Both the position numbers and the translations under genes were made by a program. 18,768 nt of DNA from Ginkgo biloba (taxonomy: Eukaryota > Plantae > Ginkgophyta): contig JANKJI020000004.1 in the NCBI GenBank assembly GCA_024626585.2, positions 135,785,791 through 135,804,558 of the forward strand, given 5' to 3'. Position 1 is the first letter of the stretch; every line of letters begins with the position of its first letter. The notes under the pieces are model-generated. The model was not told the origin of the DNA and ran no database searches. It saw only the letters and a list, made by a program, of their open reading frames with translations. Below, one piece after another: positions 10,260-18,768 of this stretch.

Positions 10260-11470
10260 CAAAGATCTATACTGCTATGAGCCATAAGAGATTAAAGGGG
10301 TGAATCCTACCATACAATATTTTATTTCGCAGATCATTTTTTATAGGTTCATAAGCTCCTATTCACAGGCTCCAATAGTTTAAGAATCTCATCGGGTCAT
10401 ATATCTAACTTAGTTGGTTCAGTATTTAGCCATGATCATCCCATTATTCAGTATTCAATACACTACTCAATATTCCCATTGGGTTGCAGAGATATGTCTC
10501 CAAACTGATCTAGTTTTCAATGTANNNNNNNNNNNNNNNNNNNNNNNNNNNNNNNNNNNNNNNNNNNNNNNNNNNNNNNNNNNNNNNNNNNNNNNNNNNN
10601 NNNNNNNNNNNNNNNNAATTCTACCTTCATGGAGAGAATTCATCATCCGTCATCTTCTATAAGAGGAGCACACATGCATATGATAGTTCATATTATTAGG
10701 ATACAATAGTCCCTTTGATCGCCACAAGTGAAGGTCAAACCTCACTCCACTATTGGCCTCTACATTCTTAAACATCATCATACACCATATAAATCATAGT
10801 GATGGAGATAACCATAATACACATAATATATGAGTATTCACAGGGATCACCAGTGAGCCATGCAACATCTTGTTACACTATGACTTCAGGAAAATTTGGC
10901 AACTAGCAAATGCAATAGTTACACATGGCTATCTATTATTGGTATATCACTATATGACCTATACTTGTAATATTGTTATCTTTAATCCTATTAGTTATCA
11001 ACTTTTTATGTCCATAACAGAACCATTCATCTTACGATGTGAGGCTATATTCCTCAATTCTAACTTTATGCTTGCATATGGTTTCCCAAGTTCGTTTATT
11101 ATCACCCTTGCATTTATTTTCTTTCACTCATATAATTATTTTCCATCGAGTTTTAGAATTGGGGGCATGAACTCCCTTTGTCATAGATATGTAGTCATTT
11201 CAACACTTCACCAACATTAAGCTACATTTTAGAGTGATTTCATATCCTACTCTTATTTTCTCTAGTGCCTATAGTGATGATGTTATACTTTTGGTGCCTA
11301 TTTAAAGTGACAATCCATTGCATTGTTCCAAAGCTACAGGGATGAGCCTAGAATATCCTTTACACTCTAGGACCATTTGATTATGGATGATAACACATAT
11401 TACTATAGGTGCCAGATTGCACTCTATTCAACATTACAACAACATATCAACGATGTGCATCATTTTTTTA
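10260..11470 (+). mobile_element. Highly eroded, internally deleted Ty3/gypsy (Tat/Ogre-like) pol relic: RT N-terminus and integrase remnants
   Basis: Remnants in order: DLYCYEP*EIKGVNPTIQ (10264; cf. DVFAWSYxDxKGIDPxIxQH); QYSHWVA (cf. YSxWVSN); LP/MERI and LGYN after the gap (cf. LPxMExI..SGYNQ). ORF 10870..11220 contains THGYLLLVYHYMT (cf. GHxYILVATDYFTKW) and FLNSNFMLAYGFPSSFI (cf. FLxxNIxxRFGxPxxII). LGPF (11367) and INDVH (11446) resemble the integrase C-terminus. All matches are weak, and the region spans gap 10525-10616. Confidence 0.4.
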
Positions 11471-12180
11471 TCTTTGTTTATTTTTCCTTCATTTTTCTTA
11501 ATGATGCATATCAATAAGATATTGTTCTAAATGTTGATACATATATCTATCTACTATATTGTTCCATTTTTATTTATACATTATGANNNNNNNNNNNNNN
11601 NNNNNNNNNNNNNNNNNNNNNNNNNNNNNNNNNNNNNNNNNNNNNNNNNNNNNNNNNNNNNNNNNNNNNNNNNNNNNNNNNNNNNNNNNNNNNNNNNNNN
11701 NNNNNNNNNTCTTTTATGAGTGTTTTATAAAGTTAGGATAATACTAGGGAACATGTATAAACTCTCCCTCTCTCTCCATAATTTTGACTTATCATAATGG
11801 CCATCCTACCAGAGTGATTGCCTATCCTAAGTAATTCATTTATAGAATAAAGGCTCTTTAAAAGCATGTTCAACCCTTCTGTCATTCCATGCAATACAAA
11901 CCTCAGTCCTTTAAGAGAATTTCATTATTGCCCATTTGAGCACCTATGATNNNNNNNNNNNNNNNNNNNNNNNNNNNNNNNNNNNNNNNNNNNNNNNNNN
12001 NNNNNNNNNNNNNNNNNNNNNNNNNNNNNNNNNNNNNNNNNNNNNNNNNNNNNNNNNNNNNNNNNNNNNNNNNNNNNNNNNNNNNNNNNNNNNNNNNNNN
12101 NNNNNNNNNNNNNNNNNNNNNNNNNNNNNNNNNNNNNNNNNNNNNNNNNNNNNNNNNNNNNNNNNNNNNNNNNTAGGGGT

Positions 12181-13078
12181 TATTGGACATGTGTCACGTC
12201 CAAAATCGTTAGTTATATTATATAAACTGTATAAATACGACATGAGGCTATGTACATTGGTAATGCAGAGGGTATACTAATTCTACCAGTTTGAGTCTGT
12301 GTTTAATTTATACGAGTATTAAATCAATGTTGACATTCTTATTTACATTTGGTATTAGAGCTAAGGGATATCCTTAGCTTGTACTGGATTTGGTTAGTTG
12401 TTGATTACGAATCTAGAGTGATTTTGGTTCTTTGGGATTTGTTATTCAGTGTGAAAAAAATTATTAATTGTCCAGTGTGAGTTTGTACATGTTTACAAGC
12501 TTTTGGATGAATTTTTCATGTGATTACAGTTTTCTAAAAATTATTGGAGAATTATTCTATATGGTGTATGGAAGAATTCTTGTATGTGGAATTTTGTTCC
12601 AGATAGTGCACTCAGTGATTGTGTGAAGAACTTGTATGTGGCTACAGTTTGAAGATTAATATGAGAGTAGCCATAGAAAGCTTGGTGTAGAGTAGTTCTG
12701 CTCACCAGAGGTTTTGTGGGTTGTATGAGATACCATAGTGGTAGGTTTGTTAAGATAGAATGCCACAGAGGTCATTGTTGTGTTAGAATATGAGAAAGTT
12801 CTAGAGACCATGGTAATGCCATAGATCTATGAGGTGCCATCTAAGTGATATAGCATTGGTGCTATTAGAGGACTATGGAGAAATCCAAGAACATAGTTGG
12901 TGGAGCCATGTCATAGTAGGTTTATTCAAGGCATGCACATCACTAATTCTATGATAGTAAGGCCATGACCAAGCCTGTTGGTGGGTTGTGATGCTGGAGG
13001 AGGAGGTAGGTTTGAGTTCTTGAAGGCCGTAGGGTTTGTAAGATCGTGGAAGCCATCCCGAGAGAACGTGATAACTAT
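12181..13078 (+). mobile_element. LTR retrotransposon 5' fragment: short LTR (~12181-12347), PBS, and G/T-rich internal leader without a recognisable gag
   Basis: The LTR 3' end (CA at 12346-47) is fixed by the PBS. The putative start TATTGG at 12181 is read as decayed TGTTGG, and a TATAAA box lies near 12229. The downstream ~720 bp is strongly G/T-skewed and has no ORF of 60 aa or more. The LTR start is uncertain because a gap ends at 12173. Confidence 0.6.
12350..12361 (+). promoter_or_regulatory. LTR-retrotransposon primer-binding site complementary to the 3' end of initiator tRNA-Met
   Basis: TGGTATTAGAGC matches the canonical plant PBS TGGTATCAGAGC at 11/12 positions (one C>T in CAG context). 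It lies 2 nt after a ...TTACA end at 12347, which is the canonical LTR-PBS spacing. Confidence 0.8.
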
Positions 13079-13127
13079 TGTAGACATCTAAATCTCACCA
13101 TCCTCATTTAATATTATTTTACATCAC

Positions 13128-13185
13128 TAGTGTAATTGTACCTTAGTGTCATTTATTAGTGTAATTTTACCTTAGCATCATTCAT
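13128..13185. repeat. 29-bp imperfect tandem duplication
   Basis: TAGTGTAATTGTACCTTAGTGTCATTTAT (13128-13156) and TAGTGTAATTTTACCTTAGCATCATTCAT (13157-13185). Confidence 0.9.
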
Positions 13186-14160
13186 TAATGAAGTCTTTGT
13201 TTAATTATCATTTTGATGTCATTTAATCCCATTTGATGACATTAAATTAAGTCTTNNNNNNNNNNNNNNNNNNNNNNNNNNNNNNNNNNNNNNNNNNNNN
13301 NNNNNNNNNNNNNNNNNNNNNNNNNNNNNNNNNNNNNNNNNNNNNNNNNNNNNNNTCTAAACTACAACCTTTGAAAACCCTCTAAATATAATTGCCCACC
13401 ACAAGTACTAAATAAGACCCAAATTTAGATGAAGGCCATGATCCCTAAGTAAAACTTACACTACAACCCTTTGGACATAAAGCATTGGAGATGAAAAACA
13501 CCACCAATAATTGGAGAATAGAACATAAATTCATAAAATATTGGAACAAGTTGAAACCCATTGGTCTTCAACCCTCATTGAGTATGCTCCCACTGAGTAT
13601 AAATAAAGTTATACCTCACTAAGAGACATCACTAAGAAGAGAAGAAAGGACCACCGCTTAAAAATTAATGCCCCTAAAATGAACATGAACCAGTTTAGGC
13701 TATCACTGAAACTTGGGGCAAACATTAGCTGCAAGTCAAATGAGAACCACAAACCATGAAAACTATAAACTACAACCACACTCACTGATAGAAGCAAAGG
13801 ATGCTCACCAAGAGGACGAGATAATCATTTAATGGGATGAGAAATACACTACCATAATTTCCTCCATAGGGACAAGACCCTATTCATTAGAGCCACCCAA
13901 GAAAGACCATGCTGCCAACCTCCACTAAAGAAGCCTAACAAGAACCATAAACACCAAGCGATTTTCTAGAGGTATCTTCCTCCTCACAGGAGGAGAGGCG
14001 CCTCACCTACTACGGGAACCCTAGTAGAGCCCATTCTCCATCTCCCCCTTAATCAATATCCATATCCAATTTGACCCTTCTAGGACCCTTCTTTACTCAT
14101 CATATATCTTTTACAATTTTGGGTATGAGTTTGTACTCGATATCTAATAAATGTTTTTAC

Positions 14161-14750
14161 TTCTGAACCTAGGGTCCAGTTCCTTGCTTGGAAGTTGGAA
14201 CATCAGTTTCATAGGCAATTTGCAAGTACTGTGGCGTCCAAAGCAAGCCACATGCTTGCACGGGTAGCAACCCTGGACACATGCATTTGCTAGAACTTGA
14301 TGTGGATCAAATAGAATTTATAAGCACATGGGGACTAGGTTTGGAGACCAATTACTTAGAGAGAGAGATTGAAATGGAAGTTACTTGCCTCCCATAAAGC
14401 ATTCCTGGGCCAAGGCAGTCAGACAGAACAAGAATAGAAAGTGGAATTGTGAGGAGAATCCATGAACTCTATAAGCAGGTAGAGATTGTTAACATGCAAC
14501 ATATCCTTTGAAAACTAACCTGAAGAATATGACTCAGCAGAAGGAAATATTGCATGAGCCAAAGATCAAGAAGAGTAAGGCTATTAGACACTTTGCATAC
14601 CTTTCTGCCACCCTGCACTAGTAGGCAGAACTGTTCAGTTTCCAGGTGTCTGATGGGCGTAAGCGAGCCTGAGAATTGACTAAGAAGCCAGCAGCTCAAG
14701 CTGAGCATCACACCATCAATTGTACCACTTAAATAAACAAACTCTGATTT
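14161..14750 (-). other. Putative spliced exon cluster (exons 14750-14601, 14519-14385, 14272-~14161) of an unidentified gene fragment, pseudogene or lncRNA
   Basis: On the minus strand: a pyrimidine tract and cctcag|AAA acceptor at 14751; donor AAG|gtatgc at 14600; an 81-nt intron ending ttcttcag (14520); donor CAA|gtaact at 14384; a 112-nt intron ending tgtccag (14273); donor GAA|gtaaaa at 14160. The block is higher in GC and retains CG and CAG/CTG. No protein family was recognised, and exon 2 has one in-frame TAG. Confidence 0.4.
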
Positions 14751-17514
14751 CTGAGGTTCAGACACAAAAATGAAATGAAAAGGAAATCAAAACTAGTACA
14801 AACTTTGGTACATTGGAAGAAGAAGAAACACTAAGGGTTAATACTAAAATAAGAAATGAAAAAACTCCTTTACTATACCCCTATAAGACTATGGAACAAT
14901 TAGAAAGAAAATCCCTATCTACAACTAACAAAAATTAAAAGAATAGAAAGACTTTCAAGTAAAGAAATGTGAGCTTTACAAACATTTTCCTAGATCAAGA
15001 TAAGGAGGTAAAGCACATTAGAATCAACAAAATGTAGGGTCACAAGTTATCTAAAATAGTGAATTGAGACAAGGATTCTTTATAGGCAAAGGTAATAAAG
15101 AGATTGACTTAAAGTCAAGGTGAAAAGGTTAAACCAATCCATTCATGCAATATTAGGGAATAGACTTTATGCAATTTATATATACTAGATAAAAGCCATA
15201 GGTTGGGTATAGGAATGAGAGGGAGCAAAGGCAAATACTTGCATGATTTTTTCATAAACCTCTATCCCGTCCATAGCCTTGTATTTTGAATTGAGTGATC
15301 TTTAGACTTTGGATTTTCATAAAATCCTAAAGAAACCCATTTAAAAATTATAAAAAGCATATACTCATTGTAGTAATTGCCAATATATATGGTGAATGTA
15401 ACATGCCACTTCTTTGCTTAGAGTGGGCTTACATTTCAAACATTATAATCAAATAAAGTTATTTTTTATGACCCACTCCCTTATACCCTTAATATTAAAA
15501 AGAGAAAAAAAAACTTTGCATACCCATCATGAGCCCACCCAATACTTAAATTAACACTTGGCAATAAGACCAAATATCATATGGTCTACTAATCTTATGG
15601 GCTAGGCCATTAGCCTAATACTTCATAGACTAATTAAGAATCTCATGGGAACTCTGACTCATACACATCTTAGGTTCATTAATGATTGTGAAGTTTAGCA
15701 TATAGCATTTTGGAACCCCTTATTTCTAATTTCAATTTGATTTACTCAAATCCCACCACTTCCCTATAACTTTTAGGGTAATAAATCCTCAAATAGAAAG
15801 TCTGAATTAAAGAATCTAATACTCAAGGGGGGGAATCTAAAAATATAATCCTAAGATACCAATATGCACTAGCCATTTTGAGTAAAGGAAAATTATCATA
15901 TACCTATATAGTTATTAGAAGGATGTTAGCATAGTGGATTCCCCTTGAGAGGACTTGTCCTTAACCCTTATAGGTTGTCCCAACCATAGTTTAATTTCTA
16001 TATGATCCCCCTCCTAAGGATAAATACTCTTGAAGACTCATACCTAATCCTAAATTAGCTTATAATTATTTTGTTTAAGAATAAATTGATAGTAGGAATG
16101 TTAAATTCACAAATATCACCCTTGAAAGTGCTTATGTAATCTTAGAAAGAAAATTTATGATCTTGATCTAGGTTCTTTATGATGAATTTCATTTCGCTCA
16201 CTCTATGTTTTAGGGTGAGGCAAATTAATGTGTGAATCCTAACTACACACAAATAAGTTAATGCAAAAATCTAAAATTTAAAAATGAAGATAAAAATTGC
16301 TTACTCAAAAATAGGAAAAATAAATAAAAAAAATTGATTTACAAAAGGATAAAGAAATTNNNNNNNNNNNNNNNNNNNNNNNNNNNNNNNNNNNNNNNNN
16401 NNNNNNNNNNNNNNNNNNNNNNNNNNNNNNNNNNNNNNNNNNNNNNNNNNNNNNNNNNNACGTCAACTCTCTTATACATAATAACATTAAATATTAAGCT
16501 ATGATCACATAGTAAATAGTTATTGTAGCATTATCATGGGTTCTAAGAGCTGTCCTATTAGGAAATACGATAAAAAAAGATAAACTCTATTAGAAGTATA
16601 AGAAATTATTAGGAAAGAGGCAAATAAAGAGTATGTTAGAAAGTTTAAGAGAGAAAGAGGGTAGAAAAAGTAATGTCATCAGGGCCAAATATAGAGGGAG
16701 AGGAGATGGTCATGCATTCATCAATTCAAAAGATAAAATTAATTAGATCTTGATTTGGAAAGAGTGCACAATCATCATGATCTGAGGTCAGAGATTGATG
16801 TCTCAAGCCTTGGTCTACCTACCAAGGACTTAGAGGTTGACGTTATAATGATAGGTTTGAGCTCTAATATAATCAAGTTGCTAATTGACTCAGAGGTTGA
16901 GGAGAGAGAAAAGATACACACTGCAGATGTACACGGTATTCTAGGTTTATGCAATCCATCTCATGGAGTTACATTAGTGGTAACGTATGTTGATGAGGCA
17001 ATATAAGTGGATACAATTTGAGATGTGCAAGAGATAGGTGTGTACATATGATGCCAATAATATAGTTAAGTTTTATCACTTAGGAATATTGTTAAATTTT
17101 TCTTTTAAATATACACATTAGTAATTATTAATTATTAATCCTTAGGGATGAAGTCAACCTCAATATTTGAAATTTTCTTAGGGGGTTATGGGACAAGATT
17201 TTTTTACTTAAAAAGGGACTATAGTTCCAAAGCTTTATACATGAAGCTATCCATTGGGGTGTAAGTGTTATGTAATTCCTTATGTTTAGGAAGAGTTTCC
17301 AATTAAAATTCCTTTGTAAGTGCTTTTTGGCTTGAATCTAAATCAAGTTCGATGTCACTCACTCTCATTCAAAATCACTTTATTTGGCAAACTTTTCCTC
17401 AAAGTTTTGTAGACTAGCTTACCTTATAGGCTAGAAGATATCTATTATCCCAATTAATGATAACATCTATGTTTTTGTTTACGAAAAATATGATAGACCA
17501 GGCTTTGATAGTTT

Positions 17515-18768
17515 ATGGATAGCTTGCCTCTGCATCCTCTAAACAATCCTATACAATGTTTCCCTCGATTAAGGGGGAAGCTAGTTCCCCCTCAATTCCT
17601 ATTGGTTCTCCTTCTTTGCGTTGAAAACATTTTGAGCACAAGGGAGAAAGGAGGAAATCACCCCAAGTCATATAGCAACTATGTGTTTGTCAAGAAAATG
17701 GAGGATTTACCTGAGATGAACATTGACCTAGAGGATGTTAGTGAAGACCTAAGGATTTTGATTGAAAATACTTTAATAGGTCGGTTCAATGGACTCTAGC
17801 CATCTTTGAATTCCTTGACTTCTTGGATGAGCAACAACTAGAGGAAGATTACCAAAGGACTAGTAAACATTAGACCCTATGAGATAGGATTCTTTCTTTC
17901 CATATTAAAAAATAAAGTGGATAGAGAGTTCATTTTTAAAGGAGGCCCATGGTTTATGGATAGAAGTAGTTTGTATCTCAATTACTGGCACACTGGCTTT
18001 AATCCCATGGAGGAAGTTCCTTTAGAGGTACCCCTATGGATCCATCTAACATATTACCTATACAATGAAACAATGAGGGAAAAGATAGGCAACTTGTTGG
18101 GGCAGTTCGACAAGATATCTGAAGGAACTAGAACCAAACAAGTTGTTTCTTATGAAAGAATATGCATTAAAAAAAATCTTGAGAAGGGACTACTAGATGC
18201 TATTAAACTAAACATTGGTGGAATTTTGGCATATTTAAATATTAGACTATGAAAGCTTTCCCATATAGTTATAACCATTGCCATGAATATGGGTATTTTA
18301 CTCGACATTGTCCAAAAATTCTTTAGGAATGGGGTCGAGCTTAGGTTCGGGATGAAGTTGGATTCCAAATAGTTATATGGAGAAGACATATCACCCAATT
18401 AAAGGAGGTTGTAGACAAGGTTCTAAATAAAGAAGATATGGATAAATCTTCTCTAAAAATAATTAAGAATAGAAGAGCTATCGAACAACATGCTAACACT
18501 CTTAAACCTCTAAATAACAAGTCCTCAAACATGTGTAAAATATTAGAAAACTTTGAAAAAGAAACTAATAGGGAGATGCTAGGTCATAACAAAAAAGACA
18601 AATTTGCTAGAGAAGCAACGATTCAAGAACAATGTGGAGAAATATTAGATGAGAAAAATAGAAGTACGTAAAAGATCTAAAACACCAAAGAAGATAATGT
18701 AAGAGAGAGGTCTACTAGTCTAGTGATTGGACGTGAGAAACAAAGAAGAAACTTTGAATTTGTGCCCA
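17515..18768 (+). mobile_element. Degenerate L1-clade LINE retrotransposon ORF1 (DUF4283 domain + CX2CX4HX4C zinc knuckle), pseudogenised, probably continuing past the right edge
   Basis: ORFs 17515..17799 and 17917..18252 are in the same frame. They join through two TAG stops at expected Trp positions (17797-99, 17839-41): ENTLIGRFNGL*PSLNSLTSWMSNN*...GFFLSIL...DREFIFKGGPWFMDRSSLYLNYWHTGFNP..VPLWIHL...EKIGNLLGQF...YERICI..NLEKGL. After frameshifts near 18230-18265 the sequence reads LDYESFP/YSYNHCHEYGYFTRHCPK, an eroded zf-CCHC_4 knuckle. This motif order is typical of plant L1 ORF1. A Lys/Glu-rich tail follows. ORF2 is not in the window, and the 5' boundary is approximate. Confidence 0.9.

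Larger units (their letters stand above)
1806..16459. other. Ten assembly gaps (N runs)
   Basis: 1806-1905, 3040-3126, 4251-4350, 5784-5883, 7054-7153, 10525-10616, 11587-11709, 11951-12173, 13256-13355 and 16360-16459. Six are exactly 100 N, the usual placeholder for unknown size. Confidence 0.99.

Noticed and set aside
10151-10260. GTGATGA C-box suggesting a box C/D snoRNA
   Set aside because: There is no CTGA D-box at a suitable distance and no terminal stem.
14450-14510. Minus-strand DMLHVNNLYLLIEFMD resembles a protein-kinase subdomain IV-V segment
   Set aside because: It is flanked by stops, and no other kinase motif (GxGxxG, HRD, DFG) appears in neighbouring segments.
15397-16340. 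LTR-like sequence (TGTAACA start; CTCAAGGGGGGGA PPT-like tract near 15822)
   Set aside because: Probably retroelement-derived, but no PBS, second LTR or TSD was found to define it.
4192-16487. All ORF-track entries containing runs of X
   Set aside because: Artefacts of reading through N gaps.
16755-17006. 83-aa ORF
   Set aside because: Non-ATG start, no recognisable motif, and no splice support; likely TE-derived or random.
17496-17505. GACCAGGCTT partial match to miR166
   Set aside because: Only 10 nt match and there is no fold-back precursor.

Overview
This is an AT-rich, CpG/CHG-depleted eukaryotic draft scaffold with ten N-gaps, six of them exactly 100 N. It reads as intergenic land-plant DNA. 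A gymnosperm-type large genome is my inference, based on the style of the LINE ORF1 and the CHG-type decay. I found no intact recognisable host gene, RNA gene, CRISPR array or prokaryote-like system. Most of the window is decayed transposable-element sequence: (1) a clear pseudogenised L1-type LINE ORF1 (DUF4283 plus zinc knuckle) at the right edge; (2) a probable second LINE ORF1 N-terminus running off the left edge on the minus strand; (3) a short LTR followed by a tRNA-iMet primer-binding site at about 12.2-12.4 kb; (4) very eroded Ty3/gypsy pol-like and hAT-transposase-like relics. The least explained features are a ~830 bp array built from a palindromic ACCTCGATCGAGGT motif (5884-6710) and a three-exon-like spliced block on the minus strand (14161-14750). 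The sequence does not support a claim of a new biological system; these two are the best leads. All protein similarities were judged by eye from remembered family motifs, not by database search.
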